A stretch of 63,258 nucleotides of DNA, the filler included, from Perkinsus chesapeaki ATCC PRA-425 (taxonomy: Eukaryota; Protista; Perkinsozoa), in the NCBI GenBank assembly GCA_013115145.1. It is 9 parts of 9 records of this genome, joined end to end, with 100 filler letters (N's around TTAATTAATTAA, not from the genome) between each part and the next. Parts side by side here need not be neighbours in the genome. Positions count along the whole stretch, not along the records: positions 1 to 14,438 come from JAAPAO010000750.1; 8 more parts are not named here. The stretch is one strand, 5' to 3'. A program made the position numbers and the translations under genes. Shown piece by piece: positions 1 to 11,672 of the stretch; the stretch's first letter is position 1; every line of letters starts with the position of its first letter. The notes beneath the pieces were generated by a model that was not told where the DNA came from, did not search any database, and saw only the letters and a list, made by a program, of their open reading frames with translations.

Positions 1-89
1 ACTAGTGCACATAGAATGATCTAGCCTACGCCAATAAATACTCCAACAGATACATATTGTCTACTCCTTTACATCTCGCCCCCCTGTTT
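1..89 (-). repeat. Element A polypurine tract (74-89) and start of 3' LTR (73 to 1, truncated)
   Basis: Minus strand reads AAACAGGGGGGCGAGA followed directly by TGTAAAGGAG, just downstream of the integrase stop. The partner LTR is not in the contig. Confidence 0.6.
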
Positions 90-114
90 GGGGTATCACC
101 AAACATAAACCATA

Positions 115-1360
115 CTATGGGAGAAGATATCCATGACTATCATATGAAGATTGTCGTGGATCACCACCAGGAATGAAGCGATTAGGTGGACGACGACAAC
201 GACGAGATATGACTGGAGTAGGTTGATGAGAAGGAAAAGCTTGATCTTCACAGTGATTATCCCTAATCGGAGAAGGAGGAGGTGATGCAGCTCGTTTGTC
301 ATCACATGAAGATGAATCAGAGATTACATCAAAATAAACTGGATCCATAAATAAATCAGAGAATGCTTGACTAGAGGTAGGAGGAGAAATCGGTACCGGA
401 ATCACAGATTCAAGAGGGAGTTGCTGTCGACATAATACTAATCTATCAACTGAAGCTGATACTTCCTTACCATGGCCATCATATCTCATAAGTTTATAAG
501 CATAAGGTGAACATTCAGTGATCACATATTGAAACGGAAAATATCTTTCACCTGCTCGTCTATCAGCTTGTGGTTTCAATAGCCACACTAGCTGACCTTT
601 TTGGAACGTAATCATATTAGCAGGGACTTCAGGACTAGGCACCTTGACAGGTATACAGAATCTAGTACGAATAGATCTACCAGATAAGCTTTCAGCAGGA
701 GATACACCATTAAGAGAAGAGTGTGGACATCTGTTGTAGGCATTAATAACAGTCTTAAGCCGATCAGATAGCAACAAATCCTTAGAAAGAGTAGCCAATC
801 TCAAGCGCAAAGTATAATGAAGACGCTCAACTATGCCATTAGCTTGAGGACGATGACCGGAGGTTAAAATCAAAAGTACACCAAGGTTTTTGAGCGGCTC
901 ACGCAGGCTAGTGAAGATACCACGATCACTGCGCAGATAAAGAGGGTAACCCAAAAAAGGAATCTCAAATATCTGCTGCAGGGCTTGCAGTGCAAGTACA
1001 GCACGTTCTTCACTTAAGATATACAGACAAGCAAAACGTGAGTATTCATCAATAACAGATAAAATAGGCAGTTTCTCATAGTGAAAGACATCACAAGCAA
1101 CACATACCCATTTACCAGTAGCAAGTCTTCGAGGTGAACTGGCTGTGAATGGTGAAACAGATGCTCGATTACATTCACAAGCATTATTGTCACAAGCAGA
1201 TATAACCCGTTTAATATCCTCAGTCATCCTTGGCCGCGAATAAAGCTTTTTGAGCATAACTTCAACATCCATTACACCACAATGTAACAAATCCTCATGC
1301 ACAGCCTTAATCATAAGATCTCTCAAAACTTCAGGCACATACAGTAATCCATTTGTGCCA
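115..1360 (-). pseudogene. Element A integrase (DDE), cut off from upstream pol by element B
   Basis: H-x5-H...C-x2-C zinc motif, ACDVF, SDRG, ANGIVERLH, and a GPY/F-like tail. The ORF-track N-terminus MLSISH is LTR sequence, not integrase. Confidence 0.85.
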
Positions 1361-1488
1361 TGACTGATGCTCAACAAGATATAGATGGTGGTTAGGAGTT
1401 ACACAACACGTAATTCCATGGACATTCCATGTTCGTGCGACACTAGGGAATCATGCAAGAGAGTAAGTGACCAAGGTATTGGTCAACA
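1361..1488 (-). repeat. Element B 3' LTR
   Basis: Exact copy of 6381-6508, preceded on the minus strand by PPT GGGAGGGGAGGA (1489-1500). Confidence 0.95.
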
Positions 1489-1624
1489 TCCTCCCCTCCC
1501 TAATGAAGTGTAAACTACAGGTGTGTTTCACATAATCACGATAAAATTCATCAGATAAACAGTAAATATGAACAACGTTTTGTGTTTTAGTCAATACAAA
1601 GGATGTGAATTAAAGAATAGAGAG

Positions 1625-3612
1625 TCAGTCATCATCAATCCTAATATCGTCATCATCAAATTCGTCATAATTATGTGGCAGATGCTTAATATTCTTGCTG
1701 TGAACATGTCGACCATCTGTAAGAAGAAGTCTGTTATCACCTAGAACTTCTTTAATCTCTATAGGGTCACTCCAGCGTGGTTGGTCTTTACGAGGTTGAT
1801 TTTCTCTGAGTAAAATTAGCATACCAGGTTGTAGTGGAACTTGTCGACGTGTAAGTGGTATTTGTGATAGTGAACGATCGAGTGCTTGTTGACGATGTTG
1901 ACGCCAGATAGTATCTTTGTCAGAGACATGAGGGTAACAAGTCAGAGAGACGAGATCATGAGTGGGGAAGCTGTATAACAAATCGCGTGCACAGAGACCG
2001 TGGGCAGATGGAATGACAAGTAAGTTGACACGCATAGTGGCCACTTGAACAAGATGAGTCCAATAGTGTGGATCAGGGCATGTGACGACCGGTGGAGTTG
2101 CTTGTAGAAAACCGAGACGTAGGAAACGAGCTAAATCACGATGTTTACGTTCAATCTGACCGTTCGACGCAGAAGCATAGGTAGGAGTAAATTCCCATGT
2201 CACATGAGTAAGTTGCGAAGCAGCCTTGTGAAAAATTTTACCATTGTCACTACGGATAGCAGTAGGTACAATACCATAGACACAAGTGATGTTGTTGAGA
2301 AGGTCGATGACATCGCTAGGTAATGGTGCAGTAGGCAATGCGCGGCATGTAAGATAAGTAGTGAGCTTACAAGTGCAGGTAAGGACATAGTACTTGCTGA
2401 AGTAAGGACCATGAACATCAAGGGCTAAGTGAGTGAAAGGCTCAGAAGGTAGGACTTGGGGTGAAGGTCGTTGCTTCCACGAGAGGTCACCAGCATGTGT
2501 TAATAGTTTCGCACATGAAAGGCATGACTTAGTAGTAGCTGAAACTTTATCTAGCATATTTGGCCAAGTGTATAATTTCTTGATTCGAGCATAGGTAGCA
2601 TAAATACCTTCATGATAAGTAGAGTGATACAAGTCAACCCACGTTTGTTGAAGGTTAGTATCAACAACTTGCTTGATACCATTGGAAGATCTGCAAGACG
2701 GCGAAGTAAGTCATCGGGAAGTCGTTTAAAGGCGTAGTCAATGAGACGAGTGCAAGGAATGTCATCGGTTGTCCTCGAAGTGGTAGCCGCAGGCGATGGT
2801 GTAGGAGAGGGCTGTACCTGTGGAGGAAGATCGTCAGTAGAACGTGAAGCGGGCAAAACTTGTCCATGAGGGTGGTGATTAGAAGGTATAGCAGGAGGCA
2901 ACTGAGCAGCAGAGTGGCGAAGCCGGACACGGCGGCCGATGCTATCATCATCAAAAGCATCTGTACGCTTACGCACAGGAAAAGCAGTTAGACTGGAGGT
3001 AGACTGCTTGGTGTCAACTGAGTCGTACTTCTCACGAACAGAAAGGATATCATCAACCAGAGTAGAACGAGTACCAGAGTCAGCGTAGTTGGCGTGACCA
3101 TTGATATGTGTGTAAGTAACTTGACGAGTACCTGGAATAGCAAGGATTAGTTCGAGATACTTGCGAGTAAGAGCTTCATGTAGACCACCGGGGACTCGCC
3201 TATCGCGAGCGATAGCTACAGCTGTGAGAGAGTCACAGTACACACGGACGTCAGTGAACTTCATGCGAGTGTCGAACTCAAGTAAACGGATTCGAGCAAG
3301 GGCGTAGTAGATACCGAGGAGCTCAAGGGCATTGATGTGTAAATTACGCTGGGACTTGGTCAGAGTGAGTTGAGCACGGAGAACAGGGCGATCGAACTGA
3401 CGGGCTTCATAAGCAACCATGGTTTTGGAGGCGTCAACGTAGATGTCGAGGGCATGATCAGTGTGAATACGACGCGGGATAGCTTGTGGTGGGTGTTCAC
3501 GTAAGAAGTCGACCCAAGCTCGGATAAGGGCCTGAACATCAGTAGGTATAGGAGTGCTCCATGTGTGATGAAGGACCGCGTGAGCCTTGCTAATAAGTCC
3601 AACAAGTAAAGT
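1625..3612 (-). pseudogene. Element B RNase H + integrase, with a frameshift near 2690
   Basis: RH motifs LDIYVDAS, HINALEL, VYCDS, NYADSGTR are in frame with RT after a TAG. Integrase (YHSTYH...CLSC, ALDV, RSDNG, SNGQIERKH) is in a shifted frame. Confidence 0.85.
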
Positions 3613-6381
3613 CTAAGCCGGAATGATGTGGAAGTTGAAGAAGTCTGGTTCCTGCAAGAGGATGCCAAGGAGACCGAGTGAATCGCTGTATGTGAGCGGT
3701 GAGTCAAGGGACTTGTTGAGGATAGAGTCGACAGGTTTAGAAGGATACCGCAAAGACTCCCCGTTGTCGATGACTTCGATACCAAGGACCGGGATAGGAT
3801 TCGCAGCAGAAGCTTCAGTTAGAGCTTGAGACTTCAGAGGCAAGTCGTACTCGTCGTACTTATTAGGCAAGACATCAGCAGGTGTGTTATCAGCACGAAA
3901 GTCGAGGATGTCGTCCATGAAAGAGCATTGATCGGGCTCGAGCTCAGCGACGTCAAGAAGCTGGTCGAGGAGAAGGTCGAGGTTACCATCATCAGTGAGG
4001 ACCGGAGGAGGTGGGAGGTTGTCGGGAGTAGGGACCAAGCCGTGCTCGACGTGGCTCATGCCACCTTCGAGGCACGACGGAGCAATGCTGCTGCCGTAGA
4101 TCATTCTGGTGAACTGAAACCAGCGCTTTCTCCAGTACACCTGGAAGAAGCTCCCGAGGGCAGGAGACACCCTAAATTTCATAAAGGCGTCAGATACATC
4201 GTGGATAGTGACAGTGGTAGCCAACCGTAGACGAGAAATACATGTGCGGAGCTTGTGCTGCTGGTTAGGGATAGGATCGGCCTTCATAAGGGCGCGGAGA
4301 TAGGCATTAGTCGCAATAAGGGGCAAGACAGGACGCCAGCGTTTACGACCACGGACACCATAGAAGTTAGTAGTGTACTGGGAGGCTTCCGAGTCGGGTA
4401 TAGGACGTAGTTGGCCAGTATCTACAAAGGCCTGAAGCTTAGCTTCACAGTCGGCGCGTCCATCAGCAGGACACTTGACCCACTTGTAGTGAACTTTGCG
4501 ACAAGCTGGGGGTTGTAGTGTCTGAGCGAAGGAGTGAGCTTGTTGAGATATGTCGACGTAAAAGAATGATGTACCAGTAGTAGTGCGAATCAGAGACAGA
4601 CGCAGCCAACGTGTCTGAAAGACCACACTCTCGAGAGACCAATCGACGGGTAGTGGATGAAAAGTAGGATCCACAGCGAGTATGTCGCGTGAGGCCACAG
4701 GGTCGACGAAGTCAAGAGGTGGAGGCTTAGAAGTTTGTGGGACGGCTTGTAATGAAGTTGGAGCTAAAGATACCGAAGTTGCAGTATCACCAAGAGTGCA
4801 CAGAAGGGTTGACGCAGGGACCGGACCAGTAGATGTAGTGACTACCAGAGAACAATCGGGACCGAAGCCAATAATGTCACGACCAAGGAGTCCGTCGGAG
4901 GAACCAGCCAGAGGACTATGAGTAACATATGGTGACCAAGCAACGTGGTGGGGGTTACCAGAGCTGTCGTAGACAGTGAGGGTCGTGTGCAGTAGACAGT
5001 GACTGATGAGGCCGCCTTCGTGACTAGCAGTATCAAAAGCAACCGGATCGACCAAAGTGAGAGTAGAAGTCGGTAAATGACGTTGAAAGTGAAGGGCGGC
5101 GGTATGAGTAATGACGGAACGGGTACAACCAGTATCAACTTCAAGCTTGAGTGCACCGAAAACTGGACAGCGCAAGGTGCAATGACCAGGGGTAGGGCTT
5201 GGAGACGAAGTAGTACAAGACTTGGCAGTCTGCGGTGGTGGGGCGTTGGTGTCAGACTGAGGTGGTTTCTCGTGCTTATAAGGGCAATCTGGACGGCGGC
5301 AGATGCCATGGGCGACATAGTACATGCAGACGTTGTTGGCAAGGCAGAAGTCTCGGAGGGTTGGACTCAGCGGTGGGCCACGAGTGAGGGCACGAGAGGA
5401 ACCATCAGTATCGGCAGATTTGACCGCTGTAGAGTCAGTAGACGTGGTAGCAGAAGTTCGTGAAGCTGTACCGTGGGACTTAGAGTTCTTGTTGAAATCA
5501 GGGTTCTGGCGTAAATGACGGTGAAGTCTGTTGGCCAAGTCGTCGACGGTGTCGCAACCAGCATAGATGGTAGAGGCTAAAGTGCGGAGACGGGGATAAA
5601 GGGAGCGACGGTAGACACGCAAAAGCTGAGCATCGGTCACAGAGTAGCCAACCGAGTCAGCTTCGTACTTGAGTAGAGAAAGACGATCAGCAAGGGCTAA
5701 GACAGTTTCACCAAAGCGCTGCTTGAAGTCATCGAACTTGTCGTCAAGATTGTCGTGGGAATTAGATACACGGTACTCTTGCTCGGCCCATGAAGCACCG
5801 TCGCGAACCATAGCGGCATAATCTTTCATCCATAGACCACGGGGTAGACATGAGCGTTGAACGGCTTGTCGGAGGGATGTCTTGGCGGGCTCGTCGAACG
5901 CGCGTAGTAGAAGGAGCCAAGCTTGACGTTCCGAGAGATCGGCCTGGACAACTTCTTGGTAGAGGTTGTTGAGGAAAGAAGTGATACTACGGTCGTCAGT
6001 ACGGCCACGATAGGGGGTGTTGTTAGGTAGGGTAATGCAGCGAACAACATCAAGATACTTAGTGGAGGTGGTGTCGTGCGCAGAGTCAGTACCCGAAAGG
6101 CTTAGGTTGTCGGTGACAAGTAGACTAGGGGTCTGGGGTTGCCCAGGGGTGCTGAGGGGGACCTGTGGGGGGTGTGTGATGGTGGAAGGGGCCGCCGAAA
6201 CACACGGGGCGGGCTTGTAGTAAGCGTGGAAAAGTTTGCGCATCTTGGCTCTGGTCGCAGGCAAAGCTTCTTTGGCGCGGAACTGGTCATCTAGGTCGGA
6301 AGTCGTGAGATATTGAAGAGCGTCGATAGAGTCAAGGCCGAGGAACTCGAGAAGAGGCCCGGGTTCTCCACCATGCGCCAT
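3613..6381 (-). CDS. Element B Gag-protease-RT ORF (922 aa)
   Basis: Gag-like helical region, CCCH finger (5272-5328), protease LEVDTG...LLGRD, RT DVSDAF / MIYG...P / FMDD. Ends in TAG, with the same frame continuing into RH. Confidence 0.9.
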   Translation of the reverse strand: MAHGGEPGPLLEFLGLDSIDALQYLTTSDLDDQFRAKEALPATRAKMRKLFHAYYKPAPCVSAAPSTITHPPQVPLSTPGQPQTPSLLVTDNLSLSGTDSAHDTTSTKYLDVVRCITLPNNTPYRGRTDDRSITSFLNNLYQEVVQADLSERQAWLLLLRAFDEPAKTSLRQAVQRSCLPRGLWMKDYAAMVRDGASWAEQEYRVSNSHDNLDDKFDDFKQRFGETVLALADRLSLLKYEADSVGYSVTDAQLLRVYRRSLYPRLRTLASTIYAGCDTVDDLANRLHRHLRQNPDFNKNSKSHGTASRTSATTSTDSTAVKSADTDGSSRALTRGPPLSPTLRDFCLANNVCMYYVAHGICRRPDCPYKHEKPPQSDTNAPPPQTAKSCTTSSPSPTPGHCTLRCPVFGALKLEVDTGCTRSVITHTAALHFQRHLPTSTLTLVDPVAFDTASHEGGLISHCLLHTTLTVYDSSGNPHHVAWSPYVTHSPLAGSSDGLLGRDIIGFGPDCSLVVTTSTGPVPASTLLCTLGDTATSVSLAPTSLQAVPQTSKPPPLDFVDPVASRDILAVDPTFHPLPVDWSLESVVFQTRWLRLSLIRTTTGTSFFYVDISQQAHSFAQTLQPPACRKVHYKWVKCPADGRADCEAKLQAFVDTGQLRPIPDSEASQYTTNFYGVRGRKRWRPVLPLIATNAYLRALMKADPIPNQQHKLRTCISRLRLATTVTIHDVSDAFMKFRVSPALGSFFQVYWRKRWFQFTRMIYGSSIAPSCLEGGMSHVEHGLVPTPDNLPPPPVLTDDGNLDLLLDQLLDVAELEPDQCSFMDDILDFRADNTPADVLPNKYDEYDLPLKSQALTEASAANPIPVLGIEVIDNGESLRYPSKPVDSILNKSLDSPLTYSDSLGLLGILLQEPDFFNFHIIPA
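6368..6380 (-). promoter_or_regulatory. Element B primer-binding site (tRNA not assigned)
   Basis: TGGCGCATGGTGG directly abuts the 5' LTR end; TGG is the complement of tRNA CCA. Confidence 0.6.
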
Positions 6382-6508
6382 GACTGATGCTCAACAAGAT
6401 ATAGATGGTGGTTAGGAGTTACACAACACGTAATTCCATGGACATTCCATGTTCGTGCGACACTAGGGAATCATGCAAGAGAGTAAGTGACCAAGGTATT
6501 GGTCAACA
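6381..6508 (-). repeat. Element B 5' LTR
   Basis: Exact copy of 1361-1488. Confidence 0.95.
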
Positions 6509-8098
6509 CCATTATACCATAAGAAACCTTCCACATCTTCAGTAACTCCTTTATCAATAAATGGTCTCATAAGACTAGAATTAGCAGCTAGTAACTCATC
6601 AGAAGAAGGAAAACGACATCGATGATCTTCGCCCCCCCAGCTGCAAAGCAGCAGCCAGAGAGATGAATGAAGAACTATCTAACGGACATCGAATACCAGG
6701 TATAGAAATTAATCTAGTAAGGCGATCTGCCAAGTTAGTCGATGAAGAAGTCCAACTACATGTGACTTCTAGGTCATTTTCCACTATCATCGAACGCACG
6801 ATGTACAATCTACGCACTACAAGGCATCTATATAATCCCTGAGGATTAACTTTTTGAAAAGATAGTAAACGATTTAACCAGCCAACAACGCTTTTAGAAT
6901 CACTGAATAACTGAATAGTACGACAGTTTATAATCTAAACAGCGTTGTAAAGCAAATATAACAGAGTCTAGCTCACTAATATTAATACGTAAACTAGGAC
7001 GAGAGCTGTGATCTACAGTTGCAACATCCGCAGGTCTTGAATGACAATCGTCTTCGATAATATTATTATTACAGTCAGTAATCACAAAACCCATCGCAAG
7101 ATCAGAAGAGTCTACATAACAATACAGCTTATCATTATAATCAGGGATTTCCTAGACACCATGTGCTGGATCACCCAACTTAGAAAGGAGCTTACAAATA
7201 TAACGACCGGTCGGAGCCAATCCAGAATAGGTAGATGGCCAACTAGTACTCCTAGCCATGACCCACAATCACGAAAAGTAAGAGGGTCACCAGACGTCAA
7301 TCGATCCTGAAAAGACAACAATTGAGAGAGATCGATACGTCGGCGCCAACAAAGGACACCTTCAGTAGACTAATATAATTGTAAGCCTAGACAACGAGAC
7401 TCAGAGACTAGAGTTGGGTCCTTAGTATCCAGACCCTCGTTTTTCAACAAACAACGAATAGAACTGACACGTGCCTGATGCTGCTCTGAAGACTCATAAG
7501 GATAATGCGGTATAAACACATCATCAAAATACTTACATAAGTTTTGATTTACTAATATATAATCACATACCATTTTTAACAGTCGAGGACTGGAAGACTG
7601 GCCGAAACCACATCTTAATAATCTATAATACTTATGGTTTAAAGACTGACACGCTGATTCACCAGACCCACAATTCTGAAGACTATCACTTATTTTTATA
7701 CATTGAAACCACGTAAGATCCTCCCGAACAGACAAAGACAAGTAAGCACGACGAATATCAAGTATGCTACCCTTTTCATATCGCCGCCACTCGCGTAATG
7801 AAGCCCCACATGAAGGTGCAGCTCCATCGTTAGCAAGCACACTGCGACTATTAATAAAGGAATAATCGAAGCAAGGGCGGGTCTTAGTGGTCTTATGGGG
7901 AGACATAGATATAACAAGAGGCAATATGCATTTAATATGCTCATACTCCTGAGGAAGGATTGGAACCAGCCAGCCTTGATCAACCCATGAAATTAATTCA
8001 TCACGAAGTGAACACAACTGCGAGTCATCGAGTTTATCAATATTGTTATACATAGAAATATAGGCTGGTGTTTCCCCATCCTTCCAATGCCAAGCAAC
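6509..8098 (-). pseudogene. Element A RT-RNase H remnant
   Basis: PCFDY, ILDIRRAY, CGFGQSSSP, YFDD, LYCYVDSS, INISEL, LFSDS, NLADRLTR are spread over several frames. Confidence 0.85.
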
Positions 8099-8502
8099 TG
8101 TTGATCGCTTCTCATAGGTGTCTATTGTGTCGATATTATTGACCCACTAATAGATAACCAAAGGCTTTGATAATAGTTACCGACAATAATTATATGGATA
8201 GGGATAATACCACTCTACCCACAGTAGATATATTGTAATCTTTACGTTTACTTAACGTTTACTTATATATGTAATCACTAGTGTAACTGCCCACGCTAGT
8301 GACACAATTACGTATCCTTGCGTGTCCCAATTGACGCGCATGATACATAAGGAAAATGGGGACAGAAATATACAATCACCTTATTATACACAATAAGGCG
8401 CAACAACACCCCACGTCGAGGTAACAATAGACCTCAACAATAATTAGTAAGCAACAATGATAGAGCAGGAATAAACAACAACCCACAAAAAATAGATAAT
8501 TA

Positions 8503-9159
8503 CTAACTACGAAGAATTCTGATGATTTCTCTCAAGTTCTTCACTTCTTCTTTAAGACTATTAACCTGTTCTTGTAGAGAACCTTCATCATTATTATTTT
8601 CCACTTCTCCACTATCTTCTTCGGTAATAGATCTATAATTTGAACATTCTGCTCTATTATAATTATAGTAGGACATATCCTCTTTCTTAATAGGGGATAA
8701 ATTATCATCCACAAATGACTCAAAAACCTTACCAACAATCGGTTTATCATTATCATTATAAAAATCAGATAAAGATACAGCCACAGTATAAGTAACTTCA
8801 CCTTTAATAGCAGAGTCATAATAAGATGGACCAATCATCTCCTTAAGTTTACTCCATACATTAGGGTTCACTGAGTTAATCATTTTCTTAATCTCAGGGC
8901 CCACATATTTCTTCCATCTTGGATCATTTAAGGCATAATTATTGCATAGCAGAGTTGGTCTATTCTCTAAATATAATTGCTCTTCACTTCGATTACCAGG
9001 AAATCTCCACACATTGTGCTTGCACTGGTGGTAATGTTGAGGAGTCCGTTTAGAACAATACCCACCCTTGCAGTGTTCATCAATTTTGCACGGTAGAAAG
9101 GCTTTCTTCCACGGACACATCAAACACTTACAACCACCAGTGGTGGTCCACCACACCAT
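8503..9159 (-). CDS. Element C accessory ORF: Cys/His-rich N-terminus, C-terminal coiled coil
   Basis: 218-aa ORF overlapping the end of the integrase ORF; CKCLMC...C...C...C...HYHQCKH cluster and heptad-like LQEQVNSLKEEVKNLREII. Confidence 0.55.
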   Translation of the reverse strand: MVWWTTTGGCKCLMCPWKKAFLPCKIDEHCKGGYCSKRTPQHYHQCKHNVWRFPGNRSEEQLYLENRPTLLCNNYALNDPRWKKYVGPEIKKMINSVNPNVWSKLKEMIGPSYYDSAIKGEVTYTVAVSLSDFYNDNDKPIVGKVFESFVDDNLSPIKKEDMSYYNYNRAECSNYRSITEEDSGEVENNNDEGSLQEQVNSLKEEVKNLREIIRILRS

Positions 9160-11672
9160 ACTTTATGAAAGCCTCTGCTAAGGACCAGCTTATTATTAGC
9201 ATTTAAGACCCACTCTGATTCTCTCATATTATTAAGATCCAGTTCATAGACCATTCTACAACCTTCCACAATAGATTGTAATATCCCAAAGAAACACCCA
9301 CTATGTCCATAGTTAATCAGTGTTTTAACATTATCATAATGTTCATCAGAAGTACCATGGTCATTATAATAACTACCAACCCATGCGGATACCCACTGAT
9401 GGCCTTCACCGTCGGCATATACATACGGAGGAGAACACATACAATGGCCAGAAGCAATAAAATCACAACACTCATTCAATTTAGATAAAGCATCAAATGG
9501 TGTCATACCATAACAAACCACCAACCCTATAGTAGCCATAACTATAGCGGGTTCAATAATAGGACTTAAGGCTTCATAACGGCGGGTTGTTGAAGTTGTA
9601 TCCATATATTGTCCATTTAATCCATTTTTTCTTAATAAGGCCACACATTTCGGTATCACTTTTTCATGTTCCCAGAAATACTCTGTAACATCTACTTCAT
9701 CCTTAAAATCAAAATACTCTTTAATATTATCAGTGAATCCTTCCCACTCATTAAGTAGGCTATAATGGTCGATAACAGATAGATGCTTATTTTCAGTTGT
9801 GAATTTCACACATTCTTCCCACAATTTGATAACTTCATTCTTATCAGGCTGTTCACTAGTTAGAATAATAGTAGCATTAGAAGTACCACCATTCTCATCT
9901 TCAGCTTGATGAGACGAATAGGAAGTTTGCATAAGGGCAATGGAGAGAACAACCCACCTTGAAGGCAACATACTCTTTTGACAATTTTCTTCATCTCTTC
10001 TAATCATACACTCATAAGGCGCTCTCAAGGAACTTTTGGGCACTATAGGCTCAATAGAAGTTCTTATATAGCTTTCAATATAACAACAATCTCTTGTTAA
10101 AGGGGGCGTAACCTTCACTTGGTCTTCTTGCAATTCTTGCTGTTCCTCAACTTCTAACACGCATGCACTTAGTTCCCTCTTCTCAATCCAGTTATTCAAT
10201 ATATTAACTGATCTTCTAGTTAGGTAACCATCACTTCTCACGTTCAATATACAATATTTATCATCACGATCTTGTTGAGGATGTCCACGTTTCGGCAGGA
10301 AGCAGTGTGATCTTAGTAGAGGTACTAACTTGTCACCATTTTCATCTTGTAGAGGATCTTCACTAACACACCCCACGCTGATTTTTGTGCGGTTAAAATC
10401 TGAACCACTGATAGGAATACCCATTATTTTACCATTTTTAGGGTCCCAATATAACTTCTGTACATAATAAGCTGTTGAGTAATGTGGTACTACTTTTAAC
10501 ATTTGTAGTAGAGTATCCGTACCATTAGATTGTATAACCAATCCTAATTCAGCATTATCAAATAAAACCACCGTACCATATGGTAGGCCTTTTCTTGTTG
10601 ATGTTAACTTTAACGGCTTCTCCACCTTTAAAATATTGTCATAAGAATCCACTATAGTGTGATTCTCATCTACTCTCAAAGTAACTTTAATACCATTTAT
10701 ATCTTCTATCTTATAAGGGCCTCGCCATGGTAAATCTAACTTATGGGATTTCTTCTTAAATATCCACGCATAATCACCAACATTTAGTTGTTTTGGGGAA
10801 GTTTTAGAAGCTTTATTGATCAAGGTTTCTCTCGATCTTTCCCTCATAGCTTCCCACACTGGACGAAATCGATCTTGTAATTGATCACGAGCCTTCTTTC
10901 TTATTTCATCAACCTTTATCGGAGATGGGGGTATGCACACATCCTTAGATTTTGCTTGTAGTAAATGTTCAGGTAACACACCACTTCTTGGTCTTCTTAC
11001 CATCATAAGTTCAAATGGAGTAATTGAACCATACTTCTTATAATGTAAGGGTCTTGTATTAATAATCCACAATATATCATCTAAATAATCTTTCCATTCT
11101 TTAGTATGGCTCCCTTCACATAATAAGCTTGTTAAGCCACGATGTAAGATCTGATGAGGACGTTCATAACCGCCACCCATATTAGGTGAATATCTGGGAA
11201 TGAATCTATGTATAATATTATTATTCATACAGAATTCATTGAACTTCTTGCTGGTAAACTGTACACCATTGTCTGATATCACCATAATAGGTTTATCATA
11301 TATAGAACATATTTTAGTAAAGACTTTTAATACAATATCTGTGGTCATATCTTTCATAGCTTCAACCACCATATATCTTGTATATAAACATGTACACGTC
11401 AATAAATATTTATAACCTTCTGTAGATTCCACATATGGACAAGTTATATCTATACCAACTAAATACCATGGTTGGGGTTCTGCATACATTACGCCGGGTT
11501 CAGACTGGTGTGTTTGACCACGCACCAACTGACATATGTAGCAACCATCAATATATTGGCGTACATGTTTTTGTATACCTTTCCACCATACATCTTTCAG
11601 TAATGCGTGTAGGGTATCACTAAAACCACTATGAGCTCGTTGTGAATGATATTTCTCAATTAAAGCATTCCA
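9120..11672 (-). CDS. Element C integrase with about 500-aa C-terminal extension
   Basis: The frame is open from 11672: YHSQRAH...CYIC, GIDI, ISDNG, YERPH, WRGPYKI (GPY/F), then unrecognised sequence. Confidence 0.85.
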   Translation of the reverse strand, partial: WNALIEKYHSQRAHSGFSDTLHALLKDVWWKGIQKHVRQYIDGCYICQLVRGQTHQSEPGVMYAEPQPWYLVGIDITCPYVESTEGYKYLLTCTCLYTRYMVVEAMKDMTTDIVLKVFTKICSIYDKPIMVISDNGVQFTSKKFNEFCMNNNIIHRFIPRYSPNMGGGYERPHQILHRGLTSLLCEGSHTKEWKDYLDDILWIINTRPLHYKKYGSITPFELMMVRRPRSGVLPEHLLQAKSKDVCIPPSPIKVDEIRKKARDQLQDRFRPVWEAMRERSRETLINKASKTSPKQLNVGDYAWIFKKKSHKLDLPWRGPYKIEDINGIKVTLRVDENHTIVDSYDNILKVEKPLKLTSTRKGLPYGTVVLFDNAELGLVIQSNGTDTLLQMLKVVPHYSTAYYVQKLYWDPKNGKIMGIPISGSDFNRTKISVGCVSEDPLQDENGDKLVPLLRSHCFLPKRGHPQQDRDDKYCILNVRSDGYLTRRSVNILNNWIEKRELSACVLEVEEQQELQEDQVKVTPPLTRDCCYIESYIRTSIEPIVPKSSLRAPYECMIRRDEENCQKSMLPSRWVVLSIALMQTSYSSHQAEDENGGTSNATIILTSEQPDKNEVIKLWEECVKFTTENKHLSVIDHYSLLNEWEGFTDNIKEYFDFKDEVDVTEYFWEHEKVIPKCVALLRKNGLNGQYMDTTSTTRRYEALSPIIEPAIVMATIGLVVCYGMTPFDALSKLNECCDFIASGHCMCSPPYVYADGEGHQWVSAWVGSYYNDHGTSDEHYDNVKTLINYGHSGCFFGILQSIVEGCRMVYELDLNNMRESEWVLNANNKLVLSRGFHKVWCGGPPLVVVSV

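Larger units (their letters stand above)
1361..6508 (-). mobile_element. Element B: full-length LTR retrotransposon, 128-bp identical LTRs
   Basis: Identical direct repeats at 1361-1488 and 6381-6508 with TG...CA ends, PPT at 1489-1500, PBS-like TGGCGC next to the 5' LTR, and gag-PR-RT-RH-IN order. Confidence 0.95.

Noticed and set aside
3613-7372. Programmed readthrough of the TAG codons in elements A and B
   Set aside because: The stops are at non-equivalent positions, D has none, and both elements carry other lesions; ordinary nonsense mutations are simpler.
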